DNA of 64,000 nt, taken from assembly GCA_963832375.1 (NCBI GenBank), contig CAWHUA010000008.1:1008133-1072132 (forward strand). The letters run 5' to 3'. The notes under the pieces were generated by a model. The model made no database searches, was not told the DNA's origin, and was given only the letters and a program-made list of their open reading frames with translations. How positions within the stretch are numbered: the first letter of the stretch is position 1; the number at the start of each line of letters is the position of its first letter. This stretch comes from Vicinamibacterales bacterium. Its GTDB lineage: Bacteria; Acidobacteriota; Vicinamibacteria; Vicinamibacterales; JAMQPK01. Both the position numbers and the translations under genes were made by a program. Positions 30,481 through 40,929 of this stretch are shown piece after piece.

Positions 30481-32349
30481 TCAACGTGCGAAGCCCTCGG
30501 GCAGAACTTCGATCGCCGTGGCCGTGCCCTCCGTGGCATCGTTCTCTCCGTGTGGCGGGCGCCAGGTGAGATACACGTCCATCGCGGGCTTCTGGGCGCC
30601 GCAGTTGATTGACGTCGACGCCAGCGTGCGGTAGGCGAGGAACTCGACGTCATCGAACTTCGCGGCGCGTGCTCTCACCACTGTGCGCTCGGAGGTCCGC
30701 ACCACGAACACCACACCTTTCGGGTCGCACTGGACGGCTTCGAAGACGCCCAGAGCGCGCCGTTCACCCTCGCCGAGGCCCCGGAACACAGGAATCACTC
30801 TCGGAGACTTTGCGCCTCCACGTGCGTCGGCGGTTACGCGATTGGCTGTCGGCGCGGGCGCGGCGGGCGGCGCATCGCGCAGCGCTTCCAGTTCGACCGC
30901 TCTTCCCAACAACATCCTCGCGCGGTCGAGCTCGGCGGCGTCGCTGGCGCGGGCGATCACGGGGCCCAGCACCGATCGGACGCCGGCAAAATCGTGCAGC
31001 GCCACGAGGGCTTCGGCGAGCCGCAGTGCCGCGAGGTGATTGGTAGGCTCCGCGCGGACGACAGGCAGCAGGAGATCGCGGGCGGCGGTGGCCTCGCCTG
31101 AAGCGAGATAGACGTATCCCAGCAGTAACTTGGCTTGCGTGTAGCCAGGCCTGAGCGCAAGGGCGCGCTGCAGCGCGCGCGAGGCCTGCTGCAGTCCGTC
31201 TGGCTCGCTGGATCCAAGCCCGTCCTGAGAGACGAGCGCGGCTGCATAGAGGTAATGGGCCGTCTCGTTCGCCGTTCCCAGGGCCTGTGCTCCCTTGAGG
31301 TGCGCCAGACCTTCGGAAAGTTTTCCCTGACGCATCTGCAGCGCGCCAAGCGAGGCGTGCGCGAGCGCCATGTCCTTGTTCGCGGCCAGCGCCTTCGCCA
31401 GCCGTACCTCCGCGTCCTCATCGCGGTCCATGTGCGCCAGCAGATCTCCAAGCCAGGCGTCAGCCTCCGCATCGGAAATCGCTGCCGCGCGCGTGTCGAT
31501 ACTGCTCACGAGATCGCCCTTGAATTCATGCGTGGTGTAGCCGTGAGAGAACTGCTTGACGTAAGACTGCACCTCTCGCTCGAGATCGCGCACGTCGATG
31601 CCATAGGCTGCGCGAAAGCTCTCTTCGGTCGATCCACCGTCGGCGATCATCGTCACGAAGGCCAGCAACTGATTGCGGCGCCCGGACTCGCCGTGAATGG
31701 CGTGGTGCACGATGGCCCACGCCTGGGCGTAGAGCAGAGTCCGGTCCATCGAGTCCTTGATGTATTCGGGCGAGGTGCGATCGATCGCGAAGAACCGTGC
31801 AAACGGCATGGTGCGCGATTGCAGCAGGCGCAGGTGATCCTGATCGGGTTTGCCGATGTTGGCGCGCCGGCTCGACGTGACCTCGAACGTGCTGTAGTAC
31901 TCGGCCAGCCCCTCGTTGAACCAGACCGGCGCGTCGTTGAAGACGCCGCGCAGCAGCAGATGGGCGAACTCGTGGAACACGACCGGCAGTCCCTGGCCGG
32001 CCGACTCCAGCGTCAGGGCGATGTAGTTGATGTCGTCGCCGGGCTGGAAAAACCCTCCAACCGGCACGACGTTCCCGTCCACGACCGGCATGAACGGCTT
32101 GAAGGCGTTCCTGTCCTTGAAGACCACGATGACGACGGGAGGCGCGCTGCTCTTGCCAAGCATCGCCGGGTTCAACTGGCTGATGACGTCGCGAAACTGT
32201 TCGAATTTCAGGGCGACGTTCCGAAGATCGTGTTCGCCGGCCTCGCCGATCACCTGGAAGTGTTCAGACCGTACCGAGAGCCATTGGGCGGAAGCTGTGG
32301 GGGGTGAGACGAGCGGCATCAGTGCCGCGAGGACTAATGCGAGTCGCAT
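30481..32349 (-). CDS. Secreted gluzincin-like (DUF1570-like) domain + TPR protein
   Basis: WLSVRSEHF, HEFAH..PVWFNEGLAEY, TPR helices; start MRLALV. Confidence 0.85.
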   Translation of the reverse strand: MRLALVLAALMPLVSPPTASAQWLSVRSEHFQVIGEAGEHDLRNVALKFEQFRDVISQLNPAMLGKSSAPPVVIVVFKDRNAFKPFMPVVDGNVVPVGGFFQPGDDINYIALTLESAGQGLPVVFHEFAHLLLRGVFNDAPVWFNEGLAEYYSTFEVTSSRRANIGKPDQDHLRLLQSRTMPFARFFAIDRTSPEYIKDSMDRTLLYAQAWAIVHHAIHGESGRRNQLLAFVTMIADGGSTEESFRAAYGIDVRDLEREVQSYVKQFSHGYTTHEFKGDLVSSIDTRAAAISDAEADAWLGDLLAHMDRDEDAEVRLAKALAANKDMALAHASLGALQMRQGKLSEGLAHLKGAQALGTANETAHYLYAAALVSQDGLGSSEPDGLQQASRALQRALALRPGYTQAKLLLGYVYLASGEATAARDLLLPVVRAEPTNHLAALRLAEALVALHDFAGVRSVLGPVIARASDAAELDRARMLLGRAVELEALRDAPPAAPAPTANRVTADARGGAKSPRVIPVFRGLGEGERRALGVFEAVQCDPKGVVFVVRTSERTVVRARAAKFDDVEFLAYRTLASTSINCGAQKPAMDVYLTWRPPHGENDATEGTATAIEVLPEGFAR

Positions 32350-32361
32350 CGGCTCCTTATA

Positions 32362-32377
32362 TGCAATCGGCTGTCCA
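32362..32377 (-). promoter_or_regulatory. Putative sigma54 promoter
   Basis: TGGACA-GCCGA-TTGCA (GG-N10-GC). Confidence 0.45.
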
Positions 32378-32491
32378 AACGTGGCGCGGCTGAAGTCGCG
32401 CCATACCGACCAAGGCCGACCCAAAAGCGCAGGCCTTGGAGTGCCGGGTCTGAAAAAACAAGACCCGGCTGCACCTATGTGTCGGTCGTAC

Positions 32492-32535
32492 GTAGTGTCC
32501 GGCTTTAGTACGTACCGTTCGTTTTTACCCGGACT
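32492..32535 (+). repeat. Interrupted GTAG-type REP
   Basis: GTAGTGTCCGGCTTTAG...CCGGAC with an internal insertion. Confidence 0.5.
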
Positions 32536-32544
32536 TCTCGACCC

Positions 32545-33549
32545 TCAGCGCTTGGTCGGCGCGATCGCCGTCGGCAACGCGCTGTCGGCGCCTCCGTCAC
32601 CTGGAAACACGTGCGAAAACGCGTACCCCACGACGGCAAGTCGCGTCGCCATCTCGGTGCCCGCGAATCGCAGCTGGTGCCACGCAGTCGCAGGCGCGTA
32701 GATGATGTCCCCCTGGTCGGCGACGAAGGTCGGGACCGAGCCAATCGTCGCTTCCATTTTCCCTTCGAGGACGAACCAGAACTCCGGACCGGTGACGTGC
32801 AGGTGCCCCTTGTCGCCGGGCGCTGCCGGCTTCTGAGTCTTCGGATCGCCGCGCAGGATGTTCGCGATGCCCACGTTCACATAGCCGCCGTCGTGGGCGT
32901 CGCCGACAAACTGGGTGGGGTTCTTCTTGGTCAGCGGCTTGCCGGCCATCACCTGGTTGTAGTCGATGTACGGCACGTTGGCGGCGTCGTACGCCCCCTT
33001 GCTGTTGGCGACTTTCGTCTTCTCGAACCTGATCCCAGGAGTCGCCGGCGGCGTCTCATCGGCCGGATACATCGTCTGGGAATTCGCCATCAGCACTTCG
33101 AACCGCAGCGACGGCCGGTCGCCGACCGTCTCCATGCTGTACACCAGCCGCTTCGGCACCTGCACGAGGAAGCCCTTGGTCGCCACAAACGGCTGCTGCC
33201 CTTCGATCGTGAAGCGAATCTGCCCGTCCTGCACGATCCAGAACGCGCGGTTGTCCTGATGGAATCGCCGCGGCGTCTTCGCGCCCGGCGCCATCGAGAT
33301 GTACTCGCCGTGGAAGAGGTTGTCGTCGACGATGAGCTCGGACCAGTTCTGCTGGCCTTTGTGCTTTGCGACCACCTCCGAGAGCTTCGTCCACGCCTTG
33401 TGCGGGGGAACGAAGGGATTCGGTTTCACCGGCAACGGCGTCCAGGCCTCGATCTGCGCCTCCTGCCCCTGCACGGCTACTGGAGGACCCGACATCGCCA
33501 GCACCAGACCCACTCCAACAAAGATTGCGATCGACCGGCTGAGTTTCAT
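32545..33549 (-). CDS. Secreted bicupin-like protein
   Basis: Signal peptide MKLSRS; GHLH..PEFWFVLEG..GDIIYAP..WH; GGAGG SD. Confidence 0.85.
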   Translation of the reverse strand: MKLSRSIAIFVGVGLVLAMSGPPVAVQGQEAQIEAWTPLPVKPNPFVPPHKAWTKLSEVVAKHKGQQNWSELIVDDNLFHGEYISMAPGAKTPRRFHQDNRAFWIVQDGQIRFTIEGQQPFVATKGFLVQVPKRLVYSMETVGDRPSLRFEVLMANSQTMYPADETPPATPGIRFEKTKVANSKGAYDAANVPYIDYNQVMAGKPLTKKNPTQFVGDAHDGGYVNVGIANILRGDPKTQKPAAPGDKGHLHVTGPEFWFVLEGKMEATIGSVPTFVADQGDIIYAPATAWHQLRFAGTEMATRLAVVGYAFSHVFPGDGGADSALPTAIAPTKR

Positions 33550-33693
33550 CGAAGAACCTCCTGTAAGGAAAATCTTATGCTGTAGGGAAAATCTTATACA
33601 CCATCGCACTCGTTCCTGCAGCCGCGCTCCCATCCGGTTCGAGTATGCTACCCCTCGCAGGACCAAGGATGACCTCTGAGGTGTGAAGAAGAC

Positions 33694-34994
33694 ATGAAGA
33701 AGCATTTCTGCGCCGCCTGCCTGCTCGTCCTGTTCTCCGCCGGCGCGCGCGCGCAAAGTCCGTTGGCCACAGAGATCGACCGGCGCGCGCAGCAGGTCGC
33801 CGGCAAGGTGGTTGGGTGGCGCCGCGATCTTCATCAGCATCCGGAGCTGGGCAATCGTGAAACACGCACGGCCAAAGTGGTGGCCGACCATCTTCGCAGC
33901 CTCGGCATCGAAGTTCGAACCGGCGTCGCGCACACCGGCGTCGTCGGAGTGCTGAAGGGCGGCAAGCCGGGCAAGGTGGTGGCGCTTCGAGCCGACATGG
34001 ACGGCTTGCCCGTCACCGAACTGGTGAACCTGCCGTTTGCGTCGAAGGTGAAGGCGACCTACAACGGCCAGGAGGTCGGCGTGATGCACGCGTGCGGCCA
34101 CGACAATCACGTCGCCATCCTCATGGGCGTAGCGGAACTGTTTGCCGGCATGAAGGATCAGCTGCCCGGCACGGTGAAGTTCATCTTTCAGCCGGCCGAA
34201 GAGGGAGCACCCAGCGGAGAGGAAGGCGGGGCGGCGCTGATGGTCAAGGAAGGCGCCTTCGACAATCCGAAGCCGGATGCCGTGTTCGGTCTCCACGTGG
34301 GGCTGGGCGCGGCACCGTTGGGAACGTCCGATACCGCTCCGGCGCGACGATGGCGAGCGCGGACATGCTGCGGATCGTTGTGCGAGGAAAGCAGACGCAC
34401 GGCGCCATACCGTGGGGCGGCGTGGATCCGATTGTCGTGGCCTCCCAGATTGTGCTCGGGCTTCAAACGATCGCGAGTCGTCAGATCGACGTCACAAAGA
34501 CGCCCTCGATCATCACCATCGGCAGTATGCACGGCGGCGTTCGGTTCAACATGATCCCCGACGAAATGCAGCTCGAGGGAACCATCCGGACGTTCGGTTC
34601 CGCCGTGCAGCGCGACGTGCACCGCCGGATCACGCTGACGGCTCAGTCGATCGCGGCCAGCGCCGGGGCCGAAGCCACTGTCACGTTCACGCCGTTTGCG
34701 CCTGTGACGATCAACGATGCGAAGCTCACCGACACCATGCTCCCTACCCTGCGCCGGGTGGCCGGAGCGGACATGGTGTCGGAACAGGCGCTGGTGACGG
34801 CCGCCGAGGATTTTTCAATCTTCGCGCAGCGCGCGCCGGGGCTGTTCGTCTTTCTTGGGTCGACCAGGAAGGGTGTGGATCCGGCCACCGCGCCGGCCAA
34901 CCACTCGCCGCTATTCGACGTGGACGAGGGCGTGCTGCCGCTCGGCGTTCGGACGTTAGCCCATCTCGCGGCCGATTTTTTGTCGCAGAAGTAG
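33694..34994 (+). CDS. M20D amidohydrolase (secreted), one frameshift near 34315
   Basis: RRDLHQHPEL, LRADMD, MHACGHD, FQPAEEG; second frame GKQTHGA, AEDFS, NHSP. Confidence 0.9.
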
Positions 34995-35064
34995 TTTTTA
35001 GTTGCCAGTTGTCAGTTATCAGTCTGACTGAAAACTGACGACCGAGAACTGATGACTGAGAACT
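34995..35064. repeat. Inverted 7-bp tandem repeat cluster between convergent genes
   Basis: CAGTTGTCAGTTATCAGT...CTGACGACCGAGAACTGATGACTGAGAAC. Confidence 0.75.
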
Positions 35065-35750
35065 TATCTCCCGGAGGCCCGGCCGACCACGGGCAGCATA
35101 TCCACGAATCCACGCCAGCCTTGCTCGCTTGCAGGGCGATTGGTCGATAACGCCAGGCCGCACCACATCGCGGGCGTTGACAGCCCCGTCGCCGACCGCG
35201 CCCAGACTCGCTGTACCGTCACGGCCACCCCAATCAACGGCACGCGGACGTTGAAATGCACCGGCACGTCAGATCGGCCACGGCCCGGCATCTCGAGCAG
35301 CAGGCCATGATGGCTGGCGTCGATGATGCGCGACGGCGCGTCGTTGACGACGGCTTCGAAACAGTTTGCGATCTTTCGCGGCGACCGGCGCATCGGCCGC
35401 CCTTCCATAATCGCCATCATCACCGTACAGAGAAGTGTGGCGCGATCGAGCGGTCGATCCAGGTACATAGCGTGGCGGCTGACGCGTGGATCGACCTCAG
35501 CGCCGTTGCCGATGACGACAGCGGCCGTCGATGGATTGCGTTGACGGCTCACGTTGAGAAGTCCATCGCGCACGGCGAACGTGGCATCGGTGACCAGGAG
35601 ATCGAAATCACGCGCGTGCATTTCCCGCGCGGCGGTGCGAGCGTTCTCCTGTCGAACGGGCTCGAAGTGATTGGCCGAGAGCCACTCGCCGATGGTCGCG
35701 CACTCAACAACATCGGGCAGCGCGACGATAACGCGGGGGGAAACGGCCAT
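35064..35750 (-). CDS. Degenerate receiver (REC) + PilZ-domain protein
   Basis: FDLLVTD and YLDRPLD REC elements; RRSPR (RxxxR) and DASHHG (DxSxxG) PilZ motifs. Confidence 0.75.
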   Translation of the reverse strand: MAVSPRVIVALPDVVECATIGEWLSANHFEPVRQENARTAAREMHARDFDLLVTDATFAVRDGLLNVSRQRNPSTAAVVIGNGAEVDPRVSRHAMYLDRPLDRATLLCTVMMAIMEGRPMRRSPRKIANCFEAVVNDAPSRIIDASHHGLLLEMPGRGRSDVPVHFNVRVPLIGVAVTVQRVWARSATGLSTPAMWCGLALSTNRPASEQGWRGFVDMLPVVGRASGR

Positions 35751-35770
35751 GTGCGGGTCGTGAAATGGTG

Positions 35771-35786
35771 TGCATTCCACATGCCA
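35771..35786 (-). promoter_or_regulatory. Putative sigma54 promoter
   Basis: TGGCAT-GTGGA-ATGCA (GG-N10-GC), 20 nt before ATG 35750. Confidence 0.55.
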
Positions 35787-35901
35787 GCGAAAACATTGAG
35801 GAATTCTTCCCGGCGACGGTTTCTGACTTTCAAAAGCGAATCTGCGACGCAGAAAACTGTCGTCAGTGACGGTTTTGAATCAGCCGCTCGTCCCAGGGTC
35901 T

Positions 35902-36339
35902 CTAGGGCTTCTTCGGTGGAACGGCGGCTTCCGCCGCCTTCCTCAAATCGGTACGCCACCAGTCGTCTGAATTCACCCGCTGCGCCTGGTTGATGCCGAT
36001 GACGATGGATCCGGCGGGATCGACCGGGCCGCCGTCGAGGACGACCGTCGAATACTTCGTGGTCTTGGCTTCGAGCGTCCTTCGTCCTGGCGCGATTTGC
36101 TGGGTTTTGAGAATCCCCTTCGCGTCGAAGATGAACACCTCGACCGTGAACTGCTCGAGGTCGTTGCTTGTCTGATTGGTCGCCGAATAAAGCACGACGG
36201 GGGGATCGCCGGCAACGGTCACCACGGTCGCCTTGCCGATTTTCACAGGCGAATCCGCAGCTTCAACCACCACCGCGGCTTGCTCGGCCGCCGCGGCCGC
36301 CACCAGCATCCCGGCCATCGTCGCACTGAGTAGGATCAT
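35902..36339 (-). CDS. Secreted hypothetical protein
   Basis: Signal peptide, GGAGG SD, Ig-like beta pattern. Confidence 0.75.
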   Translation of the reverse strand: MILLSATMAGMLVAAAAAEQAAVVVEAADSPVKIGKATVVTVAGDPPVVLYSATNQTSNDLEQFTVEVFIFDAKGILKTQQIAPGRRTLEAKTTKYSTVVLDGGPVDPAGSIVIGINQAQRVNSDDWWRTDLRKAAEAAVPPKKP

Positions 36340-36438
36340 GGGCCCTCCGACCTCAGTCTAACGCACCGCCATGTGGTCTCGCGGTGATGTATCGATCTTT
36401 TAGCGCCGGTACCCGGGTTTGGCGTAGTGTAGTCATTC

Positions 36439-37719
36439 GTGGCGCGCCTCATTCTCGCCGTGATGATCTGCCTGGGGGGAAGCGGGCTGTTCCATGCGGC
36501 TGTCCAGGCACAATCGACGTCCGCTCCGCCGGCACACGCGCGCGTCGCCGTTCCGGAGCCCAGCGAGAAGGCGTTGTCTTACCATCGCAGCGGCAACATC
36601 CTGTGGATGGTCAGCATTCTCTGGTCCATGGTCGTGCCGCTCGCGTTTCTCTGGACGGGTCTTTCGGGCCGCATCCGGGACGTCGCCGAGCGATTCGGCC
36701 GGCGGCGGTTCTTCGTCATCGGCATCTACTTCATCATCTTCAGCGTCATCGGCTTCGTGCTCGATCTGCCGCTCTCCTACTATGGCGGGTACGCTCGAGA
36801 GCATGCGTACGGCCTGTCGAACCAGACGTTCGGCAAGTGGTTTGGCGATGCGGTGAAGGGACTCTTCGTCGGCCTCTGCTTCGGCGTCGCCTTTCTGTGG
36901 CTGCCGTTTGCGCTGTTGCGACGCAGTCCGCACCGCTGGTGGCTGTATGTCGGGATGCTGATGGTTCCATTCCTGCTGTTCGTCTCGCTGATTTCACCGA
37001 TCTGGATCGATCCGCTCTTCAACAAATTCGGCCCGATGAAGAACAAAGCGCTCGAAGCGAACATTCTCGAGCTCGCCGATCGGGCCGGTATTCAGGGCAG
37101 CCGCGTGTTCGAGGTCGCCAAGAGCGAGGATACGAAAGCGTTGAACGCCTACGTCACCGGGTTCGGCGACACGAAGCGGATCGTGCTGTGGGACACGATC
37201 ATCGCGGCGCTCGACGAACGCGAGCTGCTCGTGGTGATGGGTCACGAGATGGGTCACTACGTGCTCGGTCACGTCTGGCGCACGGTCGTGTTTTTTTCGC
37301 TGCTGATCATGGCGACGCTCTACGCGATCTATCGCACGGCCGGCTGGGTGATCGGGCGCAATCGATCGCGCTTTGGCTTCGGTGACCTGTCCGATGTGGC
37401 CGCCCTCCCGCTGATTCTTCTGCTCTTCAACGCGTACCTGTTTCTGATTTCGCCCGCGATAATGGGGTTTACCCGGTATCACGAGCACGAAGCGGACAGA
37501 TTCGGGCTGGAGATTACGCGCGACAACCACGCGGCGGCGACGGCGTTCGTCAAGCTGCAACAGGAGAACCTGGTCGTTCCCCGGCCGGGTTGGCTGTATA
37601 CGATGTGGCGGGCCAGCCATCCGCCGGTCGGCGAGCGCATCGACTTCAGCAACGACTATCGGCCGTGGGAGCGGAATCAGCCGCTCGTCTACGAAAGCCT
37701 CTTTCGAAAAGGAAAATGA
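36439..37719 (+). CDS. M48 (Ste24-like) membrane zinc metallopeptidase
   Basis: NAYVTGFGDTKRIVLWDT, HEMGH, EHEADRF, SHP. Confidence 0.93.
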   Translation: MARLILAVMICLGGSGLFHAAVQAQSTSAPPAHARVAVPEPSEKALSYHRSGNILWMVSILWSMVVPLAFLWTGLSGRIRDVAERFGRRRFFVIGIYFIIFSVIGFVLDLPLSYYGGYAREHAYGLSNQTFGKWFGDAVKGLFVGLCFGVAFLWLPFALLRRSPHRWWLYVGMLMVPFLLFVSLISPIWIDPLFNKFGPMKNKALEANILELADRAGIQGSRVFEVAKSEDTKALNAYVTGFGDTKRIVLWDTIIAALDERELLVVMGHEMGHYVLGHVWRTVVFFSLLIMATLYAIYRTAGWVIGRNRSRFGFGDLSDVAALPLILLLFNAYLFLISPAIMGFTRYHEHEADRFGLEITRDNHAAATAFVKLQQENLVVPRPGWLYTMWRASHPPVGERIDFSNDYRPWERNQPLVYESLFRKGK

Positions 37720-38358
37720 GCAAGGCGTTCACGAAGGAATCCGACGGCGAAGAGCGACGAGCACGACCACGAGCCGCCGAAGAGGCCGCACACGCCGAGC
37801 TCGCGGGAGTCAAGAACTACATCACGCCGAGCGGCTTGCAGCGACTCAAAGACGAGCACGGTTTCTGCTCACCAGGGAACGGCCGGCGGTGACGCAGGTG
37901 GTGGCCTGGGCGGCGAGCAACGGCGATCGCAGCGAAAACGCCGACTATCAGTACGGCAAACGGCGGCTGCGCGAGATCGATCGGCGGATTCGCTTTCTCA
38001 CCAAACGAATCGATGCCGCGGAAGTGGTGGACCCGGAAGCCCCGAGAAGCGGGCGGGCGGCGACGCACGTCTTCTTCGGCGCGACCGTGCGCTACGCCAA
38101 CGCCGCTGGAACGGAGCGGGTGGTGAGCATCGTCGGCCTCGACGAGGTCGATCTGGATCGCAACTACATCAGCTGGATGTCGCCACTGGCGCGCGCGTTG
38201 ATGAAGTCCGGACCAGGCGACTCCGTGGTCCTTCACGCGCCGGGCGGCGACGGAGCAACTGGAGATCCTCGAGGTGCGTTACGAGCGCATCCCCGTGGAG
38301 CCCTTCAGCGAACCACCCGGGGCCGAGGTCCGCGCCGAAGGCTCGTCCTCGCACCTGA
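37716..38358 (+). CDS. greB: Transcription elongation factor GreB, frameshifted (end approximate)
   Basis: MSKAFTKESD..NYITPSG; WAASNGDRSENADYQYGKRRLREIDRRIRFL; ISWMSPLARAL across frames. Confidence 0.88.
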
Positions 38359-38379
38359 ACACCCATCCCACAAAGGCCC

Positions 38380-38934
38380 ATGATCCGAACCGAATTCAAG
38401 CGCCCTGACACGGCCAGGCGTCAACTGCCGCTAACCGCTGTCCTCCTTCTGCTCCTCATCGCGCCCGCGTGCGATAGCGTGCGTGGGCCTACCGAACCAA
38501 CGCAGGGTCCGTTTACAACGACACCAGGCGTCGAACCGGTCGTCCGGGAGATCCTCTCGCAGATGGATAGCCCGCCGGGAGCGCCAGGCCGGCGCCTGAC
38601 CCTCGTCCGCTACACTATCGCTCCAGCCGCACAGCTTGCGCCTCACATTCATCCGGGCGTACAAATGGCGTCGATCCTGTCGGGCACGCTGAGCTACGAA
38701 ATCGTGTCGGGAACAGTCACCATCCAGCGGACCGTCGGCGCGAACGGCGTTCCCGCGAGGACAGAGGCTCTTGCCGGTCCGGCTCAAACGACGTTGCGTC
38801 CCGGCGATACGGTCATCGAAGAGGGACAGATGGTGCACTTCGGCTCGAACCGGACGAGCGAGCCGGTGGTAATCTCGGCGACCCTGATCACGGAAGGTTC
38901 CGATCTCTCACTTCCCGCTCCAGGCACCAACTGA
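38380..38934 (+). CDS. Cupin-domain lipoprotein
   Basis: APAC lipobox; PHIHPG, HFGSN. Confidence 0.8.
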   Translation: MIRTEFKRPDTARRQLPLTAVLLLLLIAPACDSVRGPTEPTQGPFTTTPGVEPVVREILSQMDSPPGAPGRRLTLVRYTIAPAAQLAPHIHPGVQMASILSGTLSYEIVSGTVTIQRTVGANGVPARTEALAGPAQTTLRPGDTVIEEGQMVHFGSNRTSEPVVISATLITEGSDLSLPAPGTN

Positions 38935-40898
38935 TGGACAACATCCAGCCCTGCGATCTGCTCCTCACCAACGCCCTCATCGTCACGATGGACGAGCAGT
39001 TCACGATTCACAGCCCGGGCTCGATCGCCATCGCGGGGAGCGGGATCGTTGCCGTCGGCGACATCGCCGGCGACTTCGAGGCAGTGACGCGCGTCGACTG
39101 CGGCGGACGCGTCGTGATGCCCGGCCTCGTCAACGCCCACACGCACGCACCGATGACGCTCGTTCGCGGTCTCGCCGACGATCTTCGCCTCGACGTCTGG
39201 CTGATGGGCTACATGATGCCGGTGGAACGCGAGTTCGTCCGCCCGGATTTCGTCGCGCTCGGCACCCGGCTGGCGTGCGCCGAGATGATTCGCTCGGGGA
39301 CGACCTGCTTCGCCGACATGTACTACTTCGAAGCCGCCGTCGCCGAGGCGGCGGCCGCCGCCGGCGTCCGCGCGCTCTGCGCGCAGACCGTCCTGAAATT
39401 TCCAACGCCCGATGCCGCCAGCTACGAGGACGCGCTCGAGATGGCCCGCGCCTTCATCCAGACATGGAAGGGACATCCCCTGATCGTGCCCTCCGTCGCC
39501 CCGCATGCGCCGTACACGTGCACCGCCGAAATCTTTCGCGCGTGCGCCGAGCTGGCCACCGAGTTCGACGTCCCGCTGCACACGCACCTGGCCGAGACGG
39601 CGCTCGAGGTCGAGCGCGCGCGCAAGGAATACGGCATGCCCGTCGTGCCATGGGCGAAAAAGCAGCGGCTGTTCGATGCGCGAGTTCTCGCGGCGCACTG
39701 CGTTCACGTGGACGAGGGCGAAATCCGGACGTTGCGCGACGCACATGCCGGTGTCGCGCACAACCCTGCCAGCAATCTGAAGCTCGGGTCGGGCGTCGCA
39801 CCGGTTACGAAGATGCTCGAGCTGGGACTCGATGTCGGGATTGGCACCGATGGGGCCGCGTCGAACAACGACCTCGACATGTTCGAGGAGACGAGGCTGG
39901 CGGCCCTCCTGGCCAAGGGGACGAGCGGCGATCCCACCGCGATCCCCGCGCGTACGGCGCTCGCCATGGCCACGCGCCTGGGCGCGCGGGCGATGCACCT
40001 CGGCGACATCACCGGATCGCTCGAGCCCGGCAAGCGCGCGGACCTCATCGTCGTCGATCTCGACGGGTCCCACACGACGCCGCGCTTCACGCGCGACGCC
40101 AATGCCATCTACTCCCAGATCGTGTACGCCGCGAAGTCGACCGACGTCGTCGACGTGATGTGCGACGGCCGCTGGCTGATGCGCGACCGGCGCCTGCTGA
40201 CGCTCGATGAAGCGGAGTTGTTGTCGGGCGCAGCCGAGGTGGCCCGGCGGATCGACGCATTTCTCATCACGCGGGAGCAGAGCGTGCTGCAGAAGCTCAT
40301 CGCGATCGGCGGCGCCGCCGAACAGGAGAGCTTCGAAATCCAGGTCAAGGCACGCATGGCCTCCGAAGCCTCGGTGCTCCGCGCACTCGAAAGCGACGAC
40401 ATCGCGATCATCCGCCAGGTGCACTACCACCAGCACGACAAATATTTCTTCTTCCGCGATCCCGAGCAGGGCCGCCTTCGCTACCGGGAGGACGAATTCC
40501 TCGATGCCGACAACCAGGTCGTCAACGCCCGCGCGCGGCTGACGCTGACGGGGCCGGCACGCGAGCACGCCTTCGGTTCGGTGTTGCTGTTTCGATCGCG
40601 TTTCTTCGCGCCTGCGATGCACTCGCCGCGCTTCTACCGCGAATACTTCAAGCCGTCACGCGAGAGAGACGTGGACAAGGATCGGCGGCGCTGGCTCGTC
40701 GCGTACAGCGGCGTGCAGTTCTACGTGCACCTCGATCGTCTGATGAATCCGGCGGCCGGCGGCTATTTCGTCGAAGTGAAATCGCGCACCTGGTCGCGGC
40801 GCGACGCCGAGGACAAGGCGGCCGTCATTACCAGGCTGCTCGAGCGGCTGGGCGCCCGGCCAGAGGACACGATCGAAGCGGATTACGTGGAGCTTTGA
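38934..40898 (+). CDS. MTA/SAH deaminase-like amidohydrolase fused to C-terminal CYTH domain
   Basis: NAHTH, HTHLAE, AAHCVH, GTDGAASNN; C-terminal FEIQVK, RLRYRE, DKDRRRW, YFVEVK. Confidence 0.88.
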   Translation: MDNIQPCDLLLTNALIVTMDEQFTIHSPGSIAIAGSGIVAVGDIAGDFEAVTRVDCGGRVVMPGLVNAHTHAPMTLVRGLADDLRLDVWLMGYMMPVEREFVRPDFVALGTRLACAEMIRSGTTCFADMYYFEAAVAEAAAAAGVRALCAQTVLKFPTPDAASYEDALEMARAFIQTWKGHPLIVPSVAPHAPYTCTAEIFRACAELATEFDVPLHTHLAETALEVERARKEYGMPVVPWAKKQRLFDARVLAAHCVHVDEGEIRTLRDAHAGVAHNPASNLKLGSGVAPVTKMLELGLDVGIGTDGAASNNDLDMFEETRLAALLAKGTSGDPTAIPARTALAMATRLGARAMHLGDITGSLEPGKRADLIVVDLDGSHTTPRFTRDANAIYSQIVYAAKSTDVVDVMCDGRWLMRDRRLLTLDEAELLSGAAEVARRIDAFLITREQSVLQKLIAIGGAAEQESFEIQVKARMASEASVLRALESDDIAIIRQVHYHQHDKYFFFRDPEQGRLRYREDEFLDADNQVVNARARLTLTGPAREHAFGSVLLFRSRFFAPAMHSPRFYREYFKPSRERDVDKDRRRWLVAYSGVQFYVHLDRLMNPAAGGYFVEVKSRTWSRRDAEDKAAVITRLLERLGARPEDTIEADYVEL

Positions 40899-40905
40899 GG
40901 GCTGA

Positions 40906-40929
40906 GGCTCGGCTGAAGCCGAGCCCTAC
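40906..40929 (-). repeat. GTAG-type REP overlapping M48 stop codon
   Basis: GTAGGGCTCGGCTTCAGCCGAGCC perfect hairpin between convergent genes. Confidence 0.7.

Noticed and set aside
37716-38383. Programmed frameshifting in greB or speA
   Set aside because: Multiple scattered indels without slippery sites fit read error better.
38784-40622. Long antisense ORFs (also 45568..47124, 18788..20005, 1414..2298)
   Set aside because: They are shadows of well-supported genes on the opposite strand and have no motifs.
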